Assembly: GCF_009914755.1 (NCBI RefSeq)
Contig: NC_060932.1
Direction: 5' to 3' (one strand)
DNA from: the human T2T-CHM13v2.0 reference genome, Homo sapiens
DNA length: 64,000 nt
Part shown: positions 27,260-40,679 of the stretch, one piece after another
Numbering within the stretch: position 1 is the stretch's first letter
Layout: the number at the start of each line of letters is the position of its first letter
Program-made: the position numbers and the translations under genes
Notes under the pieces: model-generated
Databases searched by the model: none
The model's input: the letters and a program-made list of their open reading frames with translations, nothing else
Told to the model about the DNA's origin: nothing

Positions 27260-29825
27260 CAAGACTAAGAGGTTTACCTATAAAAATGTTAATTAGCCAA
27301 ATTTCTCCAATTTTCTATTAGGTTCTAAAGAATATTCTATTATATAAACTTTTTAAACTTTCTGCTTTCTCTATATGTGCATGAAGATAGACACACAAGA
27401 AACAGCAAAAATTACATATGACTTACACAGACCATCTGCAGATGCCTGGGCTTCCTATTCAGTCCCAGATTTTCTTATTCATCTTATTTAAATAAGCAGT
27501 TATGTTACTTTAGGTAAAAAAAATTACCATACAATATCTTTTTATATAAAATTATTATCTTTTCCTTATAATCTTCTTTACCAAAAATACATCTTCATAT
27601 ACATAACTTTTTCCACATCTCTCTCCCCTACTACCTCATTTCATAAATAACCTTTTCAAATCTGAAATTTGAAGTAACTTGATTAAATATTAAATTATTT
27701 TTCTCACTAATAACACACCTTTTGACACATTTTATATATAGAATTACATAATTAGCTATAATTCTTCTCCTTAGTAGCCTTAAATTTCAGTGAAACCTTA
27801 AAAAGCAAGAAATCTTGAACCATTAGGTATGAGCATTTATAGATTAAAACAATCCCACAATCTTTAGAAACCTATTTTCCCATGTTATAACCTTTTCTTA
27901 ATTGGAAATGACCCAGACTTCCAACGAATATAAAAATAATTTTAAGATTTTAAATTACACAAAAAGTTTACCTAAAATATCCATCCCATTTACATGTACT
28001 AAATTCTTTCCTTTTTAACAGTTTATCTAGATTAGTGGAAACTGAGATATAAGACACCGTCATTTAAAGTTACTTATTTCCTGGTTAACCATTTTACATT
28101 CTGTGAATATCAGGTGTTCACTCAAATAAGAACTTTAAAGTTAACTGCATAGGCATTTTTGCCAATAACTTAGAAGATTAAACTGTTTTCATTAAACCAA
28201 TAACATAATTAGTCTTACTTATCAAAAAATCTGCACAAAGATCATTTTGTTTTTGCTAGGGTTATAGTTTTAAAACCTTCTATGCCAAATCCTGACACCT
28301 CAAAATATCTACCAGAGACAAATATAAAACCCAGAAAAAAATGTATGCTGACAATTCTGACAACATTTCCATATTTATTTAACCAATAATTTTAAAGCCA
28401 GCTTGTTTAGTAAAGTAATACTTAAGTCATGTGAATTTGAAAATTGCTTAGACTTATTTACTTATATTATGAGCACTCTGTTATGTATGAGCCAATTTGG
28501 TAAACATAACTATTACTTACATACGCATAAACACATTTAGGCATGCATACACACACACAAAGATACAATAGCCTTTATCGTGGAATTCTAACCATGAAAT
28601 AGCAATACAAACTAAACGGTTTTCCATGGTTATACTTTGTGTGCCCCATTAGGTACTCAAATGAAGACTGTGAACCAAATTTGGGTAAAGTAGTTTGATT
28701 TTTAAAGGCCAAACTTCCCCATACTCCAAAGAACACAGGGGTCAAACAGCAACAAAGGAGAACATCACATTCTAACCAGGCCTGACCCTGCTTGGAACAA
28801 CAGCACAAAAGCCTTGATACATGCAACTCCATCCCATTTTCCCATTCAACAGCAAAGTTTAGAATTCCAAATGATATCAGGGCCAAAAAGTGTTGCAAAA
28901 GAATATCATGTTTACTGAATCTTAATTTCCCATGACTGTATCAAACACACATAATCACCAGAACACAATCCAACTGCTGCAACAACAAACAATCCCGAAG
29001 GATGTCCAAATTGTCCCATTGTCATCTGCAAGAGAAAATTTTAAGGAAGGCTAAGTACTAGACCTCAGAATCTCTGCTGAGGGGGTTCCCTTCAGAGAGG
29101 TTGAGTTCTGAAGGATCCCCCAGGGAATCCAGAGACTGTCAGCAGTCTCTGCCTTAGGTGGCACCAGAGCCGCTTTGCATGTTTTCCCTCCAGAGGCAAT
29201 GGCCTCCTTTAAACATTCCTTTTGCCCTTTGTCAGTCAAATAGAGTAGGAGAAAGAAGGTTGAAATGCATAAGAGATATTATCTTTTGCTATTACAAGTT
29301 AACTCTACAGGAGAATTTACTATAAGAAAAGAAGGCTTAAGTCACCTGAAACGTGGTGAATTGACACTAGGTGAACTGCCACTGGCAATTGCATCACATG
29401 TAGGGATCAGGTAGTATTACCGGAAAAGGTAGAAAAGAGTCCTTTCCACTTTTGGGCTGGGCAGCCATCCCTGTTCACTCCTTGGCCTTCAGGTAACACT
29501 GGAGAATGGCCCTGGCCAGTTGTCCTCAATTACTGAGGAGCTACCAGGAAAAAGCCACTGAAAGACTGAATAAGAAGAAAAGGAAAAGGGTTCAGGTCTC
29601 TTGTCTGAACCAGGCAGAGGTGCTCAGGCAATTCCACATGAAAACCTTTCAGTTTCACCAGAGAGTGGCCCCAGCAGGAAACTGCAGTTGCGTCTGTGCT
29701 TAGGTGCTGTCCACTGAGGGTCCTGAGTTGGAAAGGGAAAAAGAGGAGAGAGAAAAGTTCCCCTATATGGAGCAGAGAGGAAAAGGGAAAAGGAGAAGAA
29801 AAATAAATGTCAAATTTGGGCTTAC

Positions 29826-29842
29826 CTCTTGCTGGCTCACCA
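29826..29842 (-). promoter_or_regulatory. Primer-binding site, tRNA-Arg-like, followed by splice donor AG|GTAAG
   Basis: Minus strand TGGTGAGCCAGCAAGAG just inside the 5' LTR, similar to TGGCGAGCCAGCCAGGAG (complement of tRNA-Arg(ACG) 3' end). Confidence 0.7.
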
Positions 29843-29847
29843 AAATA

Positions 29848-30397
29848 TGTTACCAGTGGACGGTGTCCAGGATCTTGGCAATTTGAACAAAAAAATGGAC
29901 AAAACACACAAACAAAGCAACAAAAGAAAAGCACAGATTTATTGAAATGAAAGTACATTCCACAGAGTAGAAGCAGGCTGAAGCAAGCAGCTCAAGAGCC
30001 CAGTTACAGAATTTTCTGGGGTTGAAATACCCTCTAGAGGTTTCCCATTCATTACTTGGTTTACACCTATGTAAAAGAAATAATGAACAGTGATCAGTCT
30101 GTTGGTTGTGGAAAGCAATCAATCAGAGGCTGAAGTAAAGCTACAAAGTTATATTCCTATGCAAATGAAGACTTGGCTCATGGCCAGTCTGATTGGTTGT
30201 AGGAGGGGACCAATCAGAGGGGTTTTCAATTTTTCATCTGCCACGCAGAAAAGTGGGGTGAGTTGCAAAGGGAGTATCCTCTGGTCTTTTTGTTACTTGG
30301 GCATGGAAAGTTGGGGTTTTCATTTTGATTTAGTTCTAGGAAGTTATCATGAATCAGCCTTAGGTTCCCTGCCTCCAGAACCTGTTCTTCTGCCTCA
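29848..30397 (-). mobile_element. 5' LTR (MER51A-like)
   Basis: TGTTACC...GCCTCA; homologous to 19041-19596; adjacent PBS. Confidence 0.85.
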
Positions 30398-32449
30398 GTC
30401 TTACTCAAAATATTATTTCCCAGAAGACACCAATCTTTGGAGTCATTTCCCCAATGTTTTCTTCTAGTAGTTTCATAGTTTCAAGCCTTACATTTAAGTA
30501 TTTAACCCATTTTATTTGATTTTTGTATATGGTGAGAGTTTCAATCTCACCATATACTGAGTCTCACCATACATATACAAAAGTCTCACACATACAAAAC
30601 TCACCATATGATGAGTATATGGACTAGTTTCAGTCTTCTGCATGTGGCTATCCAGTTTTCCATCACCATTCATTGAAAACACTGTCCCTTCCTCAATGTG
30701 TGCTTTTGGCAACTTTATCAAAAATGAGTTTTCTGTAAGGATGTGGATTTATTTCTGGATTCTCTATTCTGTTCCATTTTTCCCTATGTCTGTTATCATG
30801 CCAGAACCGTATGTTTTGGTTACTATGTTTTTGTATTATAGTCTGAAGTCAGAGAGTGTGATGCCTCTGGCTTTGTCCTTTTTGCTTAGAATTGCTTTGG
30901 CTGTCTGTGGAATTTTGCATTTCCATATGAATTTAAGCTGTTTTATTTTTTAATTTATGTGACGAATATCATTGGTATTTTTATAGTGATTGCATTGGAT
31001 CTGTGGAGCACCTTGGGTAATATAAGCATTTTAGCAATATTAATTTTTCTAATCCATAAACACAAGTTATCATTTCATATATTTGTATCCTTTTCAGTTT
31101 CTTTCATCAATGTCATATTGTTTTTATTGTAGAGATCTTTTATATTCTTGATTAAGTTTACTTCTAGGTATTTTTCTTTGCTGTAGCTTTATACATGAAT
31201 TTTTTTTAACCTCTTTTTCAGATAGTTTGCTATCAGTGTAGAGAAATGTTACTGGTTTTTGTATGTTGACTTTGTATTCTGCAACTTTACTAACTTTATT
31301 TACTAGTTTACCATCTTTTTTTGGTGGCAACTTTAGGCATTTCTATATACCTGATCTTGTCATCTGCAAACAAGGGCAATTTGACTTTCTCCTTTTCAAA
31401 TAGATTGTCCTTTCTTTCTTTTACTTGCCTGATTGTTCTGGCTAGAAGTTTTAGTTATGTTGAATAAAAGTGAAGAAAGTGTGCATCCTTGTCTTTTTCC
31501 AAATCTTAGAGGAAAATTTTCAAATTTTCCACACACACTATGATGTCAGATGTAGGTTTTTTATATATGGTCTTTATTGTGTTGAGGTATATTCCTTCTG
31601 TATTAAGTTTGTTGAGGGTTTTCATCATGAAAAAAATGTGGAATTTTTTGATTATTCTTAGCCTATATTAAAATGTCATATGGTTTCTGTCTTTGATTGT
31701 GTTAATGTGATATATCAAGTTTATTGATTTGTGTACGTTGAACCATTTGTGCCTCCCTGGGATGAATCCCACTCAATCATGGTGAGTATTTTTAATGTGT
31801 TGTTAAATTTGTTAGTATTTTGTTAAGCATTTTTGTATCTATGTTCATCAGGGATATGGGTCTGTAATTTGCTTTTTTTGTGACTTTGTCTGATTTTGGT
31901 ATCAGGAGAATACTGGCCACATTGAGTGAATTTGGAAATATGCCTTCCCATTCAATATTTTGGAATAGTTTAATTGAAACTGGTATTATTTCTTATCTAA
32001 ATGGTTGGTAGAATTCAGCATTGAGGCCATCACATAATTGGCTTTTATTTAATAGATTACATTTTATTACGCTTAGATATTGTAACTCAATATTGGTTTG
32101 TTTAGGATTTCTATTTTTTTCATGACTCAACCTTGGTAAGCTATATCTGTTCACAAAAGTATCCATTTTGTCTAGGTTTTTCAATTTGTTGATGTATAAC
32201 TTTTTATAATAGGCTCTTATTATACTTTGTATTTCTATGGTATCAGTTGTAATGACTCCTTTTTTGTCTCTGATTTTGATTTTTTTTCTCTTTTTTTCTT
32301 AGTCTAGCTAATGGTTTATCAATTTTTTTTTTCCAAAAAACAGCTCTTTTTTGTTGATCATTTGTTTGTTTTTAGTCTCTATTTTGTGTATTTCTGCTTT
32401 TATCTTCATTATTGTCTTCTACTTATTTGGGGTTTAGATTGTTCTTTTG

Positions 32450-35400
32450 TATTTTTTAAAATTTTTATGGGTACATGGTAGGTGTATGTATTTACAGGGC
32501 ATATGAGATATTTTGATACAGGCATACAATGTATAATAATCACATCAGGGTAAATGGGGTATCCATCACCTCAAGCATCTATTCTTTGTGTTATAAACAA
32601 TCCTATTATAATTCTTTACTTATTTTTAAATGTACAAATGAATTATTATTGACTATAGTAACTCTGTTGTGTTATCAAATATTCAATCTTTTTCATTCTT
32701 TCTATTTTTTGGTATCCATTAACCATTACCACTTCCTCCCACCCCCACCCACTTCCTTCCCCACTCTCTGGAAAAGATCATTCTACTCCCTATGAGTTCA
32801 ATTGTTTTGATTTTCAGATCTCACAAATAAATGAGAACATGCAATGTTTGTCTTTCTGTGCGTGGCTTATTTGACTTAACATACTGACCTCCAGTTCCAT
32901 CCATGTCATTGCAAATGACAGAATCTCATTCTTTTTATGGTTGAATAGTACCCCATTGTGTATAAGTACCACCTTTTCCTTATAAATTCATCTGTTGATG
33001 GACACTTAGGTTGCTTCCAAATCTTGGCTGTTGTGAACAGAACTGCAACAAATATGAGAGTGCAGATGGCTCTTTGATATGCCAATTTTCCTTCTTTTGG
33101 GTATATACTCAGCAGTTGATTGCTGAGTCCAGATTGCTGGATCATACGGTAGTTTTATCTGTGTTTTTTTGAGAAACCTCCAAACTATTTTTCATAGTGG
33201 TTGCATGAATTCACATTCCCACCAACAGTGTATGAGGGTTCCATCTTCTCCACATCCTCTCCAACATTTGTTATTGCCTGACATTTGGATAAAAGCCATT
33301 TTAACTGGAATGAGATATTATCTCATTGTAGTTTTAATTTGCATTTCTCTGATTATCAATGACGTTAAACACTTTTTCATATGTCTGTTTGCATTTGCAG
33401 TTTTTTTTGAGAAATGTCTATTCAAATCTTTTGCCCATTTTTAAATTGGCTTATTACAGTTTTTTTTTTCCTATTGAGTTTGTTTGAGCTCTTTATGTAT
33501 TCTGGTTATTAATCCCTTGTCAGACGGGTAGTTTGTAAATATTTTCTCTCATTCTGTGGGTTTTCTCTTCACTTTGTTAATTGTTTCCTTTGCAGTACAG
33601 AAGCTGTCTAACTTAATGTGATCTCATTTGTCCATTTTTGCTTAGATTGCTTGTGCTTTGGGGGTATTACTCAAGAAATTTTTGCCTGGACCAATGTCCT
33701 GAAGAGTTTGCACAATATTGTAGTTTCATAGTTTGCGGTCCTACATGTAAGTCTATAATCCATTTTTATTTGATTTTTGTGTATGGAGACAGGTAAGAAT
33801 CATGTTTTATTCTTTGGAATATGGATACCCAGTTTTCCCAGAAATATTTATTGAAAAAACTATCTTTCCTTAATGTATATTCTCGGCATGTTTACCAAAA
33901 ATCAGTTCATTGTAGGTTCGTGGATTTGTTCCTGGGTTCTCTAGTCTGTTCCCTTGGTCTATGTGTCCGTTTTTATGCCAGTGCCATCCTGTTTTGGTTA
34001 CTATAGCTCTGTAGTATAATTTGAAGTCAGTTAATGTGATTCCTCCTGTTTTGTTCATTTTGCTAAAGATAGCTTTGGCTATTCTGGGTCTTTCGAATTT
34101 CATATACATGTTAGGATATTTTTATTTATGTAAAGAATATCATTGGTATTTTTATAGGGATATATTTTGCATCTGTGTCCCCACCCAAATCTCATGTCAA
34201 ATTGTAATCCTCAATGGTGGAGGAGGGGGGCCTATTGGGAGATTATTAGATCATGTGTGCAGACTTCTCCTTTTCTGTTCTTGTGATAGTGAGTGAGTTC
34301 TCATAAGATCTGTTTGTTCAAAAGTGTGTAGCACTTCTCCCTTCACTCTCTGTCTCCTGCTCTGCCATTTGAAAATATTCCTGCTTCTTCTTCACCTTCT
34401 GCCATGATTGTCGTTTTCCTGAGGCCTCCCCAGCCATGCTTCCTGTACCACCTGCAGAACCATGAGTCAATTAAAACTCTTTTCTTCATAAATTACCAAG
34501 TCTCAGGTAGTTCCTTATAGCAATGTGAGAATGGACTAATACACTCTCTGAATGATCATATATCTCTGATTCTCCAGGATTGGTCTCTGGTTCCTTATAT
34601 GGCTCATTTGGTAAAGTCATGTTTCCCTACACAACATTGATACTTGTAGGTGTTCTTCAGTGTCTGGGTGTCAAAGAGTTAGGTATTTATGGTAATCTTC
34701 ACAGTCTGGGCTTGTTTGTGCCTGTCCTTTTTTGGGAAAGCTTTCCAGGTATATGAAGGGACTTGGGTCCCAAGCCCACTAACACTATGGTTTTTGCAAA
34801 CTTGTAGATTTAGCACCTTGGTGGTCTTTAATTAGGTCCAGAATTCTCACATTACCAGGCAGGAATTCTTGTTCTTTTCCATTATGTTCTCCCATATATA
34901 CAGAATCTCTTTCTGTGCTGAGACACCTAATACTGGGGATATGGTGATACAAGCAGCCCTGTGGCCACCACCACTGAAACTACACTGGGCCAGACTTGAA
35001 GCCAGGACAGCACTGGGCCTTGCCCAAGACCTTTTCCTTCAGGGCGTCGAGTTCCCCCAGGCCTCAGGTAAGTCCAGAAATATTGCCTGGGAGCCAGGGA
35101 CTGAAGTGAAAAACATTAGCAATTTACCCGATGTTCTATTCTAATGTGGCTAAGCTACCACTCAAATCACAATACGAAGTCCTTCCTGCTCTTCCCTCCT
35201 CTTTCCACAGGGAGAGGAACTTCTCCCTTTGGCTACCACCATCACTAGTCCATGAGGGATTCTGCCAGACCACTGCTTATGTTCACTTAAAGCCTAGGGA
35301 CTATTGTGTTAGCTTATGGTGAATGCTGCCATGCCTGGAACTCACCCTTCAGGAGAGTGGGCTCCTCTCTGGGCCAGGGAAGATCCAGAAATGCTGTCCA

Positions 35401-36561
35401 TGAGCCTAGTCCTGGACTCAGTGATCCCAAGATCCTGCTTGTTGTTCTGCCTCACTGTGGTCTAGCTTGCATCTAGAGTACAAGAAAAATTCCCCTTTAC
35501 TTCCCTCTCTGCTTTTCTCAGACAGGAGTCTTTCACCATAGCCATGACATCTGGGAATGTGCAGGGTCTCCCATGGAGCCAGCATGTCTCGGAGTGTGCA
35601 AATGCCCACGGCATACTCATTGTATATCACTGGTTGTTAGTGAAGGTGCAGGTGATCTTTAGCCAGCAGGTGATGAATCCTGCCAGGACTGGGTTCTTCA
35701 CTTCAAGGCACTGGGTTCCCTTCTGACCCAGGATGTGCCCATACATAAATGTTGTCTGGGTATTAGGATCTGAAATGGGGGCTACACGACTCTGCCCACT
35801 CTGCCCAGTGCTCTGTGGCTGAGCTGGTATCCAAGATGCAAGACAAAGTCCTCTTTACTCTTCTCTCTCCTCTCCTTAAGCAGAAGAAAGATGTTGCTTT
35901 TGTTGCTGTGAGATGTACTGCCTGGGATTAGAGGAGGGATGGCACAATCACTCCTTAGCCATGCCAGCTGGTGTCTTCCTAGGTCACATGCCACCCTAGG
36001 TCACCAGCTCAAAGCCCAGCCTAGACTACGAGTTGCCTAGTAATTGCAGTCTTTGCATCCTAGACTAACTTTCAAGTTTTCTTAGAATGCCAGAGCCCTT
36101 CATCCTGTACTGGCAAGGCTTGCCAAGAAACTCATGTTCCAATTGCTGGGATGGGTGATTCCCTTCTGGGTAGAGTTAGTCCAAATGCTCCCTCTGTGTG
36201 TATGCACTGTGAGCCCAGCACAGCTGTGTTATTTGCTGTGACAGGGCAGCACTGAGTTCAATGTAAAATTCCCCACTCACTGCGCTCTTCCTCTCCAGAC
36301 TGCCACAGATTATCTGTTTGCACCATATGATCTCTGCCAGAAGATGGGGGACGACTGGCATTAGTGATTCAAGGCTGTCTCTCTTGCCCTCCTCAATGCT
36401 TCTTTTCATAATATAAAGTTTAAACCAGGTACTATAATTTCTTACCGGATTTTGGGTTCTTGTGACAATGCTTTTCCGTGTGCAGATAGATGTTAAAATT
36501 TGATGTTCCTGTATGAGAGATGAACAGTGTAGACTTCCATTCCACTATTTGTTCTGCACCC
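32450..36561 (-). mobile_element. Second, younger L1MA (L1MA2/3-like) nested in the outer L1MA; internally deleted; 5'UTR with tandem monomers
   Basis: New 3' end (TTTTTATGGGTACATGGTAGGTGTATG) at about 32460, ORF2 C-term 32906..33145 and 33870..34109, then L1M 5' region with related repeats near 35040, 35350 and 35705. Confidence 0.75.
34159..34543 (+). mobile_element. MSTA-type MaLR LTR
   Basis: GATAT...TGTGTCCCCACCCAAATCTCATGTC...TCAATTAAA...GGACTAATACA. Confidence 0.85.
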
Positions 36562-39500
36562 CTTCATTTTTAATTTTATTCCATTGTATTCATAATAGAT
36601 ACTTCATATTGTTTTACTTTATACAAAATTTGTTAAGACTTGTTTTGTGGCCTAAAATATGGTCTATCCTGGAGAATGTCCTTTTCTCATCCTGAAAAAG
36701 GTATATATTCTGTAGCTGTTGGGTGGAATGTTCTGTAAATATCTGTTCGATCCATTTGGTCTAGAGTGTAGCTTAAGTTTGATGTATTTTGTTGATTTTC
36801 CATCTGGATGAACTGTCCATTTCTGAAAGTGAGTATTGAAGTCGTTTACTATTATTCCACAACTGCCAGTCTCTCCATTTAGATCTGTTAATATTTGCTT
36901 TACATAGTTAGGAACTCCAGTTTTAGGTGCATGTATATTTACAATTGTTATATACTCCTGCTATATTTTATAATTTATCATTATATAATGGCCTTATTTG
37001 TCTTAGTAACATTATTTTGACTTAAAGTCTTTTATCTGATGTAAGTACAGTTAACTCCTTCTCTATTTTAGATTGTATTTTCATGGAGTATCTTGTTCCT
37101 ACTCTTCATTTTCGGTCTACACATGTCTTTATAAGTTAAGTGAGTTTCTTGTTTAGTTTTAATACTAAAGATTTGAGTGGTTTATATATCACAATTACAG
37201 TGTTAGAGTATTCTTAATTTATCTGTATACTTAGCTTTGCCTGTGATTTTAATTCCTTTAGATGTTTTCTTGTTGCATGTTAGCACTGTTTTCTTTCAGA
37301 TTGAATAACTACTTTTGTCATTTCTTGTGAGACAAGTTTGATGGGGATGAATTTTCTCAGGTTTTGCTTTTCTGAGACCGTGTTTACCTCTCCTTCATGT
37401 GTGAAAGATAGCTGTACTGAAACAGTTTTCCTTGTGGGTGTAGTCTGTTTTGTTTCTAGTACTTTGAATATATTACTCCAGTTGTCCTGCTTTGTAGAAT
37501 TTTCTCCGAAAAGTCTGCCATTACACATATCAAAACTCCTTCTTAAATTATTTGCTTCTTTTCCCTCAATGCTTTTAGGATTCTCTATCTTTGACCTTTG
37601 AAAGTGTAATTATTATATGCTTTGGGATAGTTTTATTTGACTTGCATCTGCTTGTTGATATGTGACCTTCCTGTACCTGAGTGTTTATATTTTTCTTAAG
37701 GTTTTCTTTATTTCTTTGAATAACAGAAAAGTTTTCTTTTATTATTTCTTTGAATAAGCTTTCCAGCCCTTTTTCTTTCTCTACTCCCTGTTGAAGGCCA
37801 GTGACTCTTGCAGTTGCTCTTTTAATCATGTCCCACAGATCTCACAGACATTATTTGTTCATATTTATTTTTTTCTCCTCTATGTATTTTCAAATACCTG
37901 TCTTCAACCTCACAAATACTTTTTTTGATAAATTTTGCTTTTGAGACCCTCTAATGTATTAGCTCATTGATCTATTGTATTTTTCAGCTCCAAAATGTCA
38001 ATTTTTAAAAATCTCTTCATTTAATTTTTCTGATAAACTTTTGAATTTCTTCTCTGTGTTTTCTGAAGTTCACTAATCTTCCTCAAAATAATTATTTTGA
38101 ATTTCTTGTTAGAGAGGTTGCACTTCTCAATCTGTTCAGCGTCAGTCACTTGCACTTATTTAGTCCACATGGACAGATCATATTTCCCTGAATATCCTTG
38201 ATGCTTGTACATGTACATTGATCTCTGGCTTTTGAAGGATTAGGTATTTATTCCAGTCTTCACTGTTTGCCTTTATGTCTCCTGTCCTTTTCCAGAGGGC
38301 TTTCCAGCAATTCAAAGGGGAATGAACTGTTGAATTCTCTAAGCGTGTTGACACTGCAGCCTTTTCATCAGTAGAGGGTACCCTGAGTCCAGTTATGCTG
38401 TGAGTCTCTCACAGACTCCAGGGTACCCACCCCTGATAGACTTGAGGAAGAACAGGGAGAGTTCCCTGGGTTCCCAGGTAAAGTCTCTCACGTAATTTTC
38501 TCTCTTTACTCCAAGGAGGAGTCTCTTTCCATGCTGTGTTGCCTACATGTTAAGAGAGGAGTGATGTGGACACTCTCATGTCAGCCTCATCAGGCACTAT
38601 GCAGTGTCATACCTGAAGCCCAGAGTCTCCCAGACCAGTATAGCACCAGTGCTTGCCTGAGAATTGTGCCTGCTACTGCCTGATTGCTACTGGTATTTAC
38701 TTCCTGCCTGAGTCCATATTTAGCTGGTTGTGATGCTGGGTAGTTCTTGGTTCTGTCCTGCTGGGAAGGGCAGCAGATTCTCTTCTGGCCCAGGGTGGGT
38801 CCAGGAGAGCCATCCAGAGAGCAATGCCTAAAATCAGGGGCCAAGAGGCTCTGCCTGTTTCTGTTTTACTGTAGCAGAGCTGGTACTAGGTCCCAAGGCA
38901 AAGTGTCTTGCACACTTTCCTTTTCTTTCCCCAAGCAAAACGGGTCTCTCTCCATACTGTGCTACCTGGAGTTGGAGGAAGGTTGAAACATGCACCCCCA
39001 TGGCCACCAAAGCTGATGTCATGCTGTGTTGCACTCAAAGCTTAAGGTCTTCCAGGTCCAATTTCAGGACCCACCTGAAAACCGTGGTTACTATGGCCTA
39101 CCTGCCACTAAAACTTATTTGGGGCCTGGAGCCACTTTAATCAACCAGTAGTGAAGCATGCCATGAATACAGTTTCTCCCACTGGGCCAGCAGATCCTCT
39201 TCTGGCCTGTGAAGAGTCTAAATACTTTTTCTATGGGCACTGGCTTGGAAACTGGAACCAAGGAGTTCTTCCTGGTGTTGAGTTTTAGTGTGGCAAGGCC
39301 AGTACTAAATTCCAATGCAAGGTCTTACACATCCTTCTGTCTCCCAAGCAGAAAGATTCTCTCCACACCAGACTGGCACTAGGGCAATGCAAGGCAGTTA
39401 TTCTTATGTTCTTTAATACATATTTTCTTCAGTAATTACTATGCTAAAACAATGTATTGTGACCTCTTACCTGGATGCCTGTATCTCTTACAAGGGGTTG

Positions 39501-40679
39501 TCTTGAGTGCATAGATGTTCAATTTGATGGTCCTGCAGGGAGATGACTGATGGAGGGTTCTATGCCACCATCTTACTCTACCTCTCTTCTTAGATGTAAT
39601 TTTTTAATTTTATCTTTAAATACATGCAAATATTTATCTAACACTGGTGCCATTTGAAGGAATAGTCTTATTTTCTAAGCATGTCAATTCTCAAAATATC
39701 TTTTTTAACATTGACATTATTAAACACATGTATTAAATCTTTCAACATAATGAGAATAACCATAGAACCCAAATGTATAGATCTCTTAAATAAATGAAAT
39801 ACAAATATGAAAATATATGTTCTTCTTTTATATGTATTTATAAGACAAAATAGTACTTTTTTGTTAAAATTACAGTTGATTCTTCAAATAAATAGTTTCC
39901 CCTAATTATTAAGTAGATTTAATACACAGTAAATTGTATTAGCCTATTATTGCAGTGTATATTTATAGTTTTTTAGATAACCTGGAAGCAGAGTACGTCC
40001 ACTAAAATTTGTGTGGCAGATACTTTGATCATACAGAGAAATTATGACAATTAAAAAAATTTAAAAAAAAAACAGTGGTCTCATCTCATGTATCACTGTT
40101 CTTTCCTTGGGCTGTGAAATGAATGTTACACAATAGTGAAATCCACCTCTTAATATAAAGCATATAAATATGGAAAGAGAAGTGTTATTTCCAACCAGTG
40201 TGTTTATTCATTTTTATTATGCATCATATACTGTGTTGAATGCTAAATAATTTTTTTAAATAGTGACTAAAGATCTGTTCTTAAAAAATTCATGGTTTAC
40301 TGGAGAATACTGGATGATAACAGACTATTATGACCAAGCATAACGCTTGTAATTATGGATAAACACAGTGTTATAAGAACACTGATCACATTGGTGATTA
40401 CATTGCCTGGAAGAGTCAGATGAAGTGACATTAAAACTATTTAGAGAATAACAAAAATTAACTTCTTTGTTGTTGTTGTTGCAGGAATGAAGGAAGAAAA
40501 ATACAAGCAGAAGACTGTATATGAAAATGAATAATATTAAAATGCCTTTTTGGATTTTGTCTTTAGAAATAATATTTGCACTACAAAGGTGTCCAATATT
40601 TTATTAGTATAGTTTATTAGTATAGTTTATCTCTTTAATGTAAATAATAAAGAGGACATGGATGTTTTAACAGATAATA

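Larger units (their letters stand above)
19041..30397 (-). mobile_element. ERV1 provirus with MER51A LTRs (MER51-int/HERV4-like internal region)
   Basis: Two homologous LTRs, 4-bp TSD GTTT/GTCT splitting L1 sequence TTTGAGGTCTTACTC, PBS, pol and env remnants. Confidence 0.85.
17747..39589 (-). mobile_element. Ancient full-length L1MA in three pieces (17747-19040, 30398-~32450, ~36562-39589) split by nested insertions
   Basis: TSD TTAGATGTAAATTTTT (17731-17746) / TTAGATGTAATTTTTT (39590-39605); collinear 3'UTR, ORF2 remnants (31124..31330, 31993..32184), ORF1 remnants (37280..37528, 37575..37829) and 5'UTR. Confidence 0.8.

Noticed and set aside
26495-27262. Longest ORF (255 aa) as a functional gene
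   Set aside because: ORF2 fragment of a 5'-truncated L1PA, frameshifted downstream and without a promoter.
40600-40632. 13-bp tandem duplication TTATTAGTATAGT x2
   Set aside because: Ordinary slippage-scale duplication with no further structure.
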